This document shows positions 41,697 through 50,787 of a stretch of DNA of 64,000 bases, in pieces. The notes beneath the pieces were generated by a model, which was given only the letters and a program-made list of their open reading frames with translations, made no database searches and was not told where the DNA came from. The stretch is from an uncultured Gammaproteobacteria bacterium. Lineage in GTDB: Bacteria > Cyanobacteriota > Vampirovibrionia > LMEP-6097 > CAYGPN01. Every line of letters starts with the position of its first letter. Within the stretch, counting starts at the first letter, position 1. A program made the position numbers and the translations under genes. The stretch covers positions 243,426 to 307,425 of the forward strand of contig CAYGPN010000001.1 in the NCBI GenBank assembly GCA_964352085.1, written 5' to 3'.

Positions 41697-42981
41697 AAAT
41701 CATTTCTTCAATAATTCTTTTAAGACTAGCTGGAACTTGAGATTCATTCTCAACATAATCCACCACCGCATTAGCAAAAGCAACTTTATCAAAGTTACCC
41801 AAACCACGCCGGCGCCAAATCTTATCAAGCTCTACAGTACGGCGAGCGCCTGGTTCAAATTCACCTGGCTCTACTAAAGGCTGCCCAGCAACTAAGATTT
41901 GATTAGCAAGGTCTATTAGTGAATCCAGTTCAAAACTATCTTCAAACTCACCTTCTTTAATCACAAAAAGTTTATCTTGCTCCCTAAGATGTGCCTGAAT
42001 AGCTTCTATCTGCTCTTCAGCATCTGAATCTAGAATGACCCTAAGAGGAAGCTTAGAAGCTGCAACCCAATCCATAAACTGTTTAAGCATTTGGTTTTTA
42101 CCACCAACACAGATAATTGCTAGACCATGCTTATTAAAATCTATACCCATGCATTTAGCTAGATGCGGCAAAGCTATTTGCTCAGTATTGCCCTCAACAA
42201 GCAAAACCATTTTTTCAGGCAAAGGCGTCTGTAATTCAATTCTAGATTGGCTAGAAATTTCACTCAATTCTAGAAAAAGAGAGTCCATATCTTTAAGATC
42301 ATCTAGACTAACTTTAATTTGGCTTGTTGCTTTTATATTCTTAGACTTTAAATCCAGCCTAGCTTGTCCCATATCAAATAGACTTCTGCTTTCTTCTATA
42401 TTCAAACAAAGATAATCCACTAGTTTTATAAGTCTTAAAAAACGATTTGGCTTTGTTTGAAAATTATCAGAGACTTTAAGCTCATTAGCCAGGCAAGCCC
42501 AAGGCAAAGGAAAGCTCATCATTAAAGAGATATAGAATTTTTCAGCAAAAGTAAAGTGAGCCAATCTATCGTCTACTAAAAACTTATCATCATAGGCATT
42601 GTCCTTAAGTAAAGTTCTCAAATAATTCTCATCATCAAAATTACGCTTAACTGGCCTTTGGTCAGAAATGATATTAAATTCAAAAAGCTTTTCTATTAAT
42701 TTATCAGCATTATAATTTGTGATATCTAAATAAGCGAAATAAAGAGTGATTATTCCATCAATAACATTTGGCTCATCAATAGCTAAAGACTCTTGCCAAA
42801 TTTTCTGAAGATCAGCACCATGATGCTTTAAGTCTTTATGACCAGTCTTTTTAAAGGTCCAATCTGCTGCTGCATATTTTCTAAAAACAGGACTACCAAA
42901 ACGCAAGTATCTTCTAGCGCTTGAAAAGATTATACTTTTTGAAATTGAGCGTATTTGAGGCACTAAATATAATTTTCCCAT
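41695..42981 (-). CDS. OLD-family TOPRIM domain protein with an unknown N-terminal region
   Basis: VLLVEGNTE, IICVGGK, VILDSD, GEFED, KVAFA; no Walker A seen. Confidence 0.75.
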   Translation of the reverse strand: MGKLYLVPQIRSISKSIIFSSARRYLRFGSPVFRKYAAADWTFKKTGHKDLKHHGADLQKIWQESLAIDEPNVIDGIITLYFAYLDITNYNADKLIEKLFEFNIISDQRPVKRNFDDENYLRTLLKDNAYDDKFLVDDRLAHFTFAEKFYISLMMSFPLPWACLANELKVSDNFQTKPNRFLRLIKLVDYLCLNIEESRSLFDMGQARLDLKSKNIKATSQIKVSLDDLKDMDSLFLELSEISSQSRIELQTPLPEKMVLLVEGNTEQIALPHLAKCMGIDFNKHGLAIICVGGKNQMLKQFMDWVAASKLPLRVILDSDAEEQIEAIQAHLREQDKLFVIKEGEFEDSFELDSLIDLANQILVAGQPLVEPGEFEPGARRTVELDKIWRRRGLGNFDKVAFANAVVDYVENESQVPASLKRIIEEMI

Positions 42982-43061
42982 ATTTTAGACTAAATAGAAT
43001 GAGTTCCACAGAGCATAGCCCGCTAGTGATTCTCAAGATGCTGATGTTATACTGAATGGTG

Positions 43062-44270
43062 ATGAAAATAGCATTAACAGGTGGCGGAACAGGAGGGCAT
43101 ATCTACCCTTGCCTCGCTATTGCTGAGTATTTTCACGATATTAATTTAGAAAACAACCTGAGTGAAAGATTAGAAGATTCAATTAAAGGTGAACTTGGGG
43201 CGACTATCAAAAATAAAGTCGAGCTTTTTTATATTGGGCAGCCCGATAAATTGGAAGGCGATCTTGTCATCAACAGACATCCTTATATAAAGTTTCTGCC
43301 TATCAAAACATCATCCCCTTCTAAAGCTGGCTGGAATCCTTTTAATATGCTTAGCTGGCTTTGGGAATTTACAATGGCAACTCAAGCTTGCAAAGATTAC
43401 ATAAGGAATAATAATATAGAAGTTTTATTTGGCACAGGTGGCTACGCTTCAGGTCCTGCTTTTGCTGCAGCGATCCTCACTAAAACACCTTATATTATTC
43501 ATAACCTAGATGCTTCTATCGGCTTAGCTAACAAGGTTTTCATCAAGGATGCCCAAGCAGCGACTTTAGCTTTTCCTGTTAAACATATAAAGCCTAAAAA
43601 CGGCAATGTTTTAGTAGCCGGCAACCCAGTATCAAAAGAATTTTTCTCAAGACCATCAAACAACAGTTCCAGACCTGTTTCTGACAGTCAATTTGCAAGT
43701 ATTATAAATAAAAATGATGAAGTGAATATTCTAATTACTGGTGGTAGCCAGGGATCTAAAAACCTTAACGATACTGTTGGTGAAATAATTCCAAATCTTA
43801 TTAGCAAAACTAAAGTTACAGTTACACACATAACTGGAGCTAAGCTTTACGATGAATATCTTATGAAATATATGAACGGAGATCCTGGAAGATACTCAAA
43901 CTACACTGTGCTTCCTTACACTCACACCATGCCACAACTTTGCAAAGAGGCTGATATAGCTATTTGCCGCTCTGGGGCTATGACAATTGCTGAAATGGCA
44001 GCGTCAAACACGGTCCCTCTTTTTATTCCACTTCCATGGGCAGCGCATAATCACCAAGTAAAAAATGCTGAATCTCTAGCGAATGCTGATGCTGCAATTA
44101 TGATAGAAGAAAAAGACCTAAGTCCTGAAGTTTTAAAAAATAGAATTTACGAATTAATAACTGATGAAGATAAGCTTGACGAACTAAAAACTAATCTTCA
44201 AAATTTTTCCAAGCCGACTGCTGCAAGAAATTTAGCTGAGCTTATAGTTCATGTCGCACAAAATAAGTAA
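43062..44270 (+). CDS. murG: Undecaprenyldiphospho-muramoylpentapeptide GlcNAc transferase
   Basis: TGGGTGGHIYP, GTGGYAS, TGGSQG, RSGAMT. Confidence 0.96.
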   Translation: MKIALTGGGTGGHIYPCLAIAEYFHDINLENNLSERLEDSIKGELGATIKNKVELFYIGQPDKLEGDLVINRHPYIKFLPIKTSSPSKAGWNPFNMLSWLWEFTMATQACKDYIRNNNIEVLFGTGGYASGPAFAAAILTKTPYIIHNLDASIGLANKVFIKDAQAATLAFPVKHIKPKNGNVLVAGNPVSKEFFSRPSNNSSRPVSDSQFASIINKNDEVNILITGGSQGSKNLNDTVGEIIPNLISKTKVTVTHITGAKLYDEYLMKYMNGDPGRYSNYTVLPYTHTMPQLCKEADIAICRSGAMTIAEMAASNTVPLFIPLPWAAHNHQVKNAESLANADAAIMIEEKDLSPEVLKNRIYELITDEDKLDELKTNLQNFSKPTAARNLAELIVHVAQNK

Positions 44271-44277
44271 TTTCAAA

Positions 44278-45888
44278 CTAAGCTGCTACTGGCGTGCGAT
44301 TCTTAAGTGAAACTGGCTCTTTGAAAAGTACTCGCGTGATTGCGATTTCCCAAGCTTTAGTCTCATCACTAGAAAGCTTATTATCACCATCAAAATGAGC
44401 TTCACCATAATCCACATTTTTATTTAGTGCATTAGCAATCTCATCAGGAAGTTTTACAAAAACATTCTTTCCACCACCATGAGCATGCTCAGTGAACTTA
44501 GGCATAGGGCGAACATTAAGCTCATTAAGGATGTCAACTAAAGACATCGCAATATCATCATCGTCAATGGGTTGCTTCGCTTCGCTCGCAATGACCTCAT
44601 CACGTCTAACAAAGAACTCTTCTGGTGGATAGTTTTCATAAAAGATATCACCCAACTCATACTCTAATGTTTCAGTAGGTGTAATAAACTCAATTTTATC
44701 ACCGCGATCTAATCTATTTTTAACTTCAAACTCTGCAATTTTCGTTTCTGGATTAAAGTTAACTATGCGAGCAGCATAAAGGTGTGTTTGAAAAGCACTA
44801 TCTTTTTCAAATTCTTGAGCAGCAGCAGCAGCACTTTGAGCGTAAAAACCAGGAATGAAACCACGGTTAGCAGTACTTCCTAGCTCGTCAAGTATCCAGC
44901 GGCGCTCATCTTCACTTATATCTCTGCCTGATTCTAAAATATCTAAAGCCTTGCGGTAAGCTCTAGCAACAATCCCAGCGTAGTATTCAGTTTTATTTCT
45001 ACCTTCTACTTTAAAACTTATAATTCCAGCATCAATCAAATCTTTAGTGTAATCAACAGCACAAAGATCTTTAGAGTTCATGATGTAAGTTCCAAACTCA
45101 TCTTCATCAACTGGCATCATATCGCCAGGTCTTTCTTTTTCTTCTAAGAAAAACTCGCCTTCAATAGGCACATAGTTAGCAATAACATCATCTTCTAAAA
45201 CAGCTCTAGGTTTCGGTGCATTTATATCATAATTAAGAGACTCCGTTTTAGCAGCTTCAATATCATTAACTTTAACGTTAAAACCCCAGCGGCAAGTATG
45301 AGAGCAAGTCCCTTGATTCGCGTCACGATAGTTTAAATAGTTAGAAAGCAGACAACGACCAGAGTACGCCATGCATATAGAACCGTGAACAAAAGCTTCA
45401 AGTTCAAGTCCAGGATTATGCTCATGAATTTCTTTAATTTCTTTTACTTTAAGCTCACGTGCAAGAATTACACGAGTCACTCCATGTTGGTGCCAGAATT
45501 TTGCTTGCGCCCAGTTAGTGTTATTTGCTTGAGTAGATAAATGAATCTCAACATCTGGAAATAATTCACGCGTTAGCATAATAAGTCCGGGGTCAGTCAT
45601 AATAAAAGCATCAGGAGCGCAATCTACCATTTGCTTCATTGCATCTATAAAACCATTTATCTTATTATTGTGTGCATAGATATTTGTAGTAAGATAAATC
45701 TTCTTACCTTTAGAGTGCACGTAATTAACTGCCTCTTTCACTTTTTCAATATCAAAAAACTCATTCTCGCGAGCTCTTAAACTATATTTAGGCACGCCAG
45801 CATAAACAGCATCTGCTCCGTAAGCAATTGCATATTTAATCTTCTCAAGACTGCCACCAGGCATTAATAACTCGAACTTTCTTGACAT
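44278..45888 (-). CDS. Peptidase U32 family protein (TrhP/YegQ-like tRNA hydroxylation)
   Basis: GADAVYAG, HLSTQAN, LAREL, HGSICMAYSGRCLLS...CSHTCR, SFKVEGR. Confidence 0.9.
   Translation of the reverse strand: MSRKFELLMPGGSLEKIKYAIAYGADAVYAGVPKYSLRARENEFFDIEKVKEAVNYVHSKGKKIYLTTNIYAHNNKINGFIDAMKQMVDCAPDAFIMTDPGLIMLTRELFPDVEIHLSTQANNTNWAQAKFWHQHGVTRVILARELKVKEIKEIHEHNPGLELEAFVHGSICMAYSGRCLLSNYLNYRDANQGTCSHTCRWGFNVKVNDIEAAKTESLNYDINAPKPRAVLEDDVIANYVPIEGEFFLEEKERPGDMMPVDEDEFGTYIMNSKDLCAVDYTKDLIDAGIISFKVEGRNKTEYYAGIVARAYRKALDILESGRDISEDERRWILDELGSTANRGFIPGFYAQSAAAAAQEFEKDSAFQTHLYAARIVNFNPETKIAEFEVKNRLDRGDKIEFITPTETLEYELGDIFYENYPPEEFFVRRDEVIASEAKQPIDDDDIAMSLVDILNELNVRPMPKFTEHAHGGGKNVFVKLPDEIANALNKNVDYGEAHFDGDNKLSSDETKAWEIAITRVLFKEPVSLKNRTPVAA
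44572..44595 (-). repeat. Half palindromic repeat read in frame inside the U32 gene (VIASEAKQ)
   Basis: Minus strand GTCATTGCGAGCGAAGCGAAGCAA matches 41670-41693 at 22 of 24 positions. Confidence 0.75.
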
Positions 45889-45934
45889 ATCGCATATGAT
45901 TATAGCGTATTTACAAAGAAGCTGCCAAATCAGC

Positions 45935-46462
45935 CTATTTCAAGGTTTTCAAGACTTCTAAGGCCTTATCAACATGCCCTTGGTGCTCAAGAAGTTTAGA
46001 AAAGCGGTATCTAACAGTCCCTTCTTTATCAATTACAAAAGTAACTCTTCCAAGCATAATCACACCAAACATTTTTTTAACACCATAACTTTTAGCTACT
46101 TTGTTCTTTTCATCACTTAAAAGCGTGAAAGGTAATTTTCTTTTAGTCGCAAATTCTTTATGTGATTCCACAGAATCACCACTAACTCCAAGTACCTCAG
46201 CACCAGCGTCAGTAAAAACATCATAGCTATCACGAAAAGCACAGGCTTGTTTTTTACAAAAACCAGTATCATCTTTAGGGTAAAAATAAAGGACTACATT
46301 CTTGCCAGCATAATCACTAAGCTTCACAGCTTTGCCGTCTTGGCTTAAAAGCTCAAAGTCAGGTGCTTTATCACCAACTTCAATTTTCTTAGCACTAACG
46401 CTTGTCATTCCCATAAATAAAAATAAAGCAGCTAATACTATCGATAAAAATTTTCTTTGCAT
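45935..46462 (-). CDS. bcp: Peroxiredoxin, BCP/PrxQ type, with signal peptide
   Basis: YFYPKDDTGFCKKQAC; N-terminal signal ending VSA. Confidence 0.9.
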   Translation of the reverse strand: MQRKFLSIVLAALFLFMGMTSVSAKKIEVGDKAPDFELLSQDGKAVKLSDYAGKNVVLYFYPKDDTGFCKKQACAFRDSYDVFTDAGAEVLGVSGDSVESHKEFATKRKLPFTLLSDEKNKVAKSYGVKKMFGVIMLGRVTFVIDKEGTVRYRFSKLLEHQGHVDKALEVLKTLK

Positions 46463-46505
46463 AAGCTAATTATACTAAATGCAATTACTCTGGATACAGA
46501 AACTA

Positions 46506-47333
46506 CTAAGCCATAAGCTTTTTAACAGCCTCTTTTATGTCTTCTTGAATAACTAAAGACTCACCCACTAAAAAAGCTTTTGCGCCAGCAGCATAAAGAT
46601 CCGAGATATCTTGATTATTATAGATCCCAGATTCTGAAATAACTAACCTGCTTTCAAGTGCTGTTTTAAATTTATTCATCAAATCAAAAGTCACCTGCTT
46701 ATCCACTTCAAAAGTTTCAAGGTTTCTATTATTTATTCCAATAAGTTTTGTAGAAAGACTTAAAGCTCTTTCCATCTCTTCTTCGTTATGCACTTCAACT
46801 AAAACACCCATACCAAGATCATGAGCTATGTCCTGAAATCTTTTTAGATTATGATCATCAAGAATTGCAGCAATAAGAAGAATCGCATCAGCGCCAGCGA
46901 GTCTCGCTTCTATTATTTGTCTTTTATCTATGATGAAATCCTTACGCAGACATGGGATCTTCACTTTCTCAGAAATCTCTTTTAGAAATTCAATATCACC
47001 CTGGAAATATTCTTTATCAGTTAAAACTGAAAGGCAATTAGCTCCAGCAGCTTCATAGTCTTTAGCAATCTGCATATGATCAAATTTAGACCTCATGATT
47101 CCTTTACTAGGACTAGCTTTTTTAACTTCAGCAATTAAAGCAGGACCTTTAACTAGATCTAAACCATCTAGAAAATGTTTACAGTCAGGCAAATCATCAA
47201 CTTCATTTATATAAAACTCAAAATCAGGCAAAGCCTCTACTTCTTTCAGTTTAGTCGCGACAATTTGCTCTAATATATTCTTCTTTTCTGCTTTTGCCAT
47301 ATTACTAGACATGCTTTTGCCTTTGCTTACCAT
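46506..47333 (-). CDS. trpC: Indole-3-glycerol phosphate synthase
   Basis: LIAEVKKASPSKG, LSVLTD, LRKDF, GINNRNL, SESGI. Confidence 0.97.
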   Translation of the reverse strand: MVSKGKSMSSNMAKAEKKNILEQIVATKLKEVEALPDFEFYINEVDDLPDCKHFLDGLDLVKGPALIAEVKKASPSKGIMRSKFDHMQIAKDYEAAGANCLSVLTDKEYFQGDIEFLKEISEKVKIPCLRKDFIIDKRQIIEARLAGADAILLIAAILDDHNLKRFQDIAHDLGMGVLVEVHNEEEMERALSLSTKLIGINNRNLETFEVDKQVTFDLMNKFKTALESRLVISESGIYNNQDISDLYAAGAKAFLVGESLVIQEDIKEAVKKLMA

Positions 47334-47339
47334 TCTAGC

Positions 47340-48677
47340 TTAATTGGGTGAAACAATCATTCCTGCAGCTACAGTATTATTAGTAAGCTCATCAATGATA
47401 ATAAAGCTGCCAGTCTGCCTGTTTCGTGAGTACTCATCAACCAAAATCGGTTTCAAAAGCTTAATTTGTACTCTAGCTATCTCATTAAGCTTAAGCTCAC
47501 TAGCCTCTTCTTTAGAATGGTCATTAATATTAGTTTTGTAATCAATTGCAGTTATCATTGCTTTAACTTTATTAGAAGTACTTTTAATTAGATATTTCTT
47601 TTTGATCTGCATCGGCTCATCAACCATCCAGCAAATATTCGCTGAAAAATCTTTAGACATCTTAGCTGCAGATGATCCATCACCATTTTTAGCTAAAGAT
47701 TCTGGGAGCTTAACTAAAATATCACCACGACTAGTATCTATCTCATCTTCAAAAGTAAGAGTCACTGACATCGGTGCAAAAGCTTCATCTAAGTCTCCAC
47801 CATAACTAACTATAGATTTAACCTTAGATGTTTTACCTGAGGGTAAAGAACAAATCTCATCACCTTTCTTAATAACGCCACTAGCAATCTGCCCAGCAAA
47901 GCCACGAAAGCTTTCATCAGGTCTTAAAACATATTGCACTGGCAATCTAAAATCACTAAGATTCCTATCATCAACCACATTAACAGTTTCCAAAATATCT
48001 AATAAAGTTTCGCCCTTGTACCATGGCATAGGATTCTGTCCTTCACCAGGATTATGCTTAACCACATTCTGACCGAGCAAAGCTGAGATTGGCACGATTC
48101 TAATATCTTTAATAGCAAGATCCTTAGAAAATTCTTCAAACTCTTTAACTATCTTATTAAAAACATCTTCAGAAAAATCTACAAGATCCATTTTATTTAC
48201 AGCAATAACAATATGTGGAATCCCAAGCATCGCAGAGATTGATAAATGCCTGCGAGATTGAGCAATAAAACCTTTACGAGCATCCACCATCACCACAGCC
48301 AAATTCGCAGTAGATGCGCCTGTAACCATGTTACGTGTGTATTGCTCATGACCAGGAGTGTCAGCAATAATGAACTTACGCTTAGGTGTTGAGAAATATC
48401 TGTAAGCAACATCGATGGTAATTCCTTGCTCGCGCTCAGCAGCTAAACCATCAGTAAGAAGAGCAAGATCTACTTCATCCTTTCCTCTTTTTTGACTAGT
48501 CTTTTCAATGGCCGCTAGTTGATCTTCATAAATTGACTTTGAGTCATAGAGTAGGCGCCCAATTAAAGTAGATTTACCATCATCAACACTTCCAGCCGTA
48601 GACAACCTGAGAAGATCTTTTTTTAAATCCTCTTCTATTATTTCGCTTATTGATTTTTTAGTTTCTGTTTCTTGCAT
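47340..48677 (-). CDS. cysN: Sulfate adenylyltransferase subunit 1
   Basis: GSVDDGKSTLIGRLLYD, EREQGITIDVAYRYF, DTPGHEQYTRNM. Confidence 0.97.
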   Translation of the reverse strand: MQETETKKSISEIIEEDLKKDLLRLSTAGSVDDGKSTLIGRLLYDSKSIYEDQLAAIEKTSQKRGKDEVDLALLTDGLAAEREQGITIDVAYRYFSTPKRKFIIADTPGHEQYTRNMVTGASTANLAVVMVDARKGFIAQSRRHLSISAMLGIPHIVIAVNKMDLVDFSEDVFNKIVKEFEEFSKDLAIKDIRIVPISALLGQNVVKHNPGEGQNPMPWYKGETLLDILETVNVVDDRNLSDFRLPVQYVLRPDESFRGFAGQIASGVIKKGDEICSLPSGKTSKVKSIVSYGGDLDEAFAPMSVTLTFEDEIDTSRGDILVKLPESLAKNGDGSSAAKMSKDFSANICWMVDEPMQIKKKYLIKSTSNKVKAMITAIDYKTNINDHSKEEASELKLNEIARVQIKLLKPILVDEYSRNRQTGSFIIIDELTNNTVAAGMIVSPN

Positions 48678-48735
48678 CTTCTAAAATAAATTTCCCTTAG
48701 TAACTCTCTATGGCTTTACAAAAGCGCCCCTGGCG

Positions 48736-49707
48736 CTAGAAATAGCCTTCTTTTTTCTTATCTTCCATAGAGCTATCTGAACCAAGGTCTATGACTCTAT
48801 TTTCTCGCTCCGACTTTCTGTAAAGAGTCGCCTCTTGAATAATTTCGTCAATAGTCGTTGCTGTTGAAGGAATAGCTCCAGTACAAGGAGAACAGCCTAA
48901 TGATCTAAATCTAGACATCACTTTCTCAATCTTCTCACCTTCTTGCACTCTAGTATTTTCATTAACAGGAATCAATACACCATTACGATTCACCACTTCT
49001 CTTTCTTGAGCAAAGTAGATAGGAACCATAGGAATCTCTTCAGATTTTATATAATGCCAAATATCCATCTCAGTCCAATTAGAAAGAGGGAAGACTCTGA
49101 TGGACTCACCTTCATTAAGCTCTGAGTTGTAAAGATTCCAAAGCTCAGGTCTTTGGTTTTTAGGATCCCATTGACCAAACTCATCTCTAAAGGAATAAAC
49201 TCTTTCTTTCGCTCGTGACTTTTCTTCTTCACGCCTTGCTCCACCAAAAGCAGCATCGTAAGCACCCTTTTCTAGAGCCCTTAACAAGCCACCTGTTTTT
49301 AAAGCAGCACAACATTTATCAGTGCCGTATTTAAATGGATTCATGTCTGAGGCAATCGCATCTTCATTTCTATGAATAATCAAACGCGCGCCGATTGATT
49401 TTACAAACTCATCTCTAAAGTCGTACATCTCCTGAAACTTGTATCCAGTATCCACATGCAAAAGTGGGAAAGGAATCGGACCAGGATAAAAAGCTTTTTG
49501 TGCAAGACGCACCATCACACTAGAATCTTTTCCAACAGAATAAAGCATCACAGGGTTTTTAAATTCAGCAGCAACTTCACGAATAATGTGAATGCTTTCA
49601 GCCTCGAGTTGCTCTAGGTGACTTAGTTTGTATTTTTCTTGTGTACTCGCCATATCCCTTTCTTTTGTCTCAGTGCTTTCCCTAGTTGTGCTCAAGATCG
49701 CTTCCAT
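48736..49707 (-). CDS. cysD: Sulfate adenylyltransferase subunit 2
   Basis: [37 protein letters not shown]. Confidence 0.97.
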   Translation of the reverse strand: MEAILSTTRESTETKERDMASTQEKYKLSHLEQLEAESIHIIREVAAEFKNPVMLYSVGKDSSVMVRLAQKAFYPGPIPFPLLHVDTGYKFQEMYDFRDEFVKSIGARLIIHRNEDAIASDMNPFKYGTDKCCAALKTGGLLRALEKGAYDAAFGGARREEEKSRAKERVYSFRDEFGQWDPKNQRPELWNLYNSELNEGESIRVFPLSNWTEMDIWHYIKSEEIPMVPIYFAQEREVVNRNGVLIPVNENTRVQEGEKIEKVMSRFRSLGCSPCTGAIPSTATTIDEIIQEATLYRKSERENRVIDLGSDSSMEDKKKEGYF

Positions 49708-49941
49708 AATTGATTATGTATAAACCCATATTCTAACATCTTGAAAAGCTGCATGCACAAAGGATTTCCAATTCGTATCACGAGGGGAAACCCTGTCCTA
49801 GAAAAGATAGCTTAAATAAAATTAATTAATAAAAAATTAAGTCTCGTATAGAATAATGTTCAGTTACGTATTAGCAAAAGATTGGATAGTTAAGCCGAGC
49901 TTGAATGCAATACAGATTTTAAGGAGAAGAGGGGATAAATT

Positions 49942-50559
49942 ATGAAAAAAATAATACTTGTACTTAGTTTAGTACTAATTACGTTTGCGCCAGCGTTGGC
50001 AAGAGAATTAAGAGTAAATCAAAGTGTACTTTCAGATTACACAGCAGCGATTGAAAGTGAAGTAGCAGAGAAATTAGCTATTGGGGAGCCTTTAAGAACA
50101 AGAGCTCGAAAAGAAAGAGTGAGAGATCTTTCAACTAAGTTTATTTCTAAAGCTGAGAAAAAACTATTGGGTACATACTTACTAACAGAAGAAAGTGGTT
50201 TTCAATTACTTATAGATATCTTTGATATGGAGACTTTTGTGCCTGGCTTACTCTCATTTGGTTATGACGTCTTTGTAGTAAATAGTCAGACGAGTGAAGG
50301 CATTTTACTTTATGAGAATATGACTGGAACAGCTACAATTGTTAAAAAGTCAGCAATTATGAGTTTTGAAGTTCCAATCGGCGGCTTCAGTGCGACATAC
50401 AGCATTCCACTTGATAAAAAAGCTAAGGGAGAACTTGGTCTAGGTGTGGTTTCAAGAGTTCTTGACTGCAGAGGATCATCACCTAATCTGACATGTAGAA
50501 GTTTAAGTGGACAAATCCTTGACAGTTCGCTAAGATTCTCATTAATCCGACTTGATTAG
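49942..50559 (+). CDS. Hypothetical secreted protein
   Basis: Strong SD; signal peptide ending ALA. Confidence 0.65.
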   Translation: MKKIILVLSLVLITFAPALARELRVNQSVLSDYTAAIESEVAEKLAIGEPLRTRARKERVRDLSTKFISKAEKKLLGTYLLTEESGFQLLIDIFDMETFVPGLLSFGYDVFVVNSQTSEGILLYENMTGTATIVKKSAIMSFEVPIGGFSATYSIPLDKKAKGELGLGVVSRVLDCRGSSPNLTCRSLSGQILDSSLRFSLIRLD

Positions 50560-50631
50560 GTTGGAGAAAGCTTTTGGTCAAAAGATTGAAAATTGCTTTA
50601 GAGGAGCTTGAGTAAAGAATTGATCGAATAC

Positions 50632-50663
50632 CAGCCTGGCACCCCCTGTCAGGCTGTTTTTTT
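50632..50663 (+). terminator. Intrinsic terminator
   Basis: CAGCCTGGCA-CCCCC-TGTCAGGCTG followed by T7. Confidence 0.85.
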
Positions 50664-50664
50664 A

Positions 50665-50787
50665 GTCATCACGAGGAACGAAGTGACGTGGTGATCCATG
50701 GATTGCTTCGGGCACCTTCGGTGCGGTCGAGGATCTAAGGTCTCTCATATATGCTAGTTTGTGTAAGCCCCGCGTGCTCGCAATGAC
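50665..50787. repeat. Longest copy of the palindromic repeat family, abutting the thrS stop
   Basis: GTCATCACGAG...GATTGCTTCG...CTCGCAATGAC termini; internal GCACC-TTC-GGTGC hairpin. Confidence 0.75.

Noticed and set aside
49826-49840. Additional TTAA-N7-TTAA box
   Set aside because: Lies in an almost pure A/T tract; likely chance
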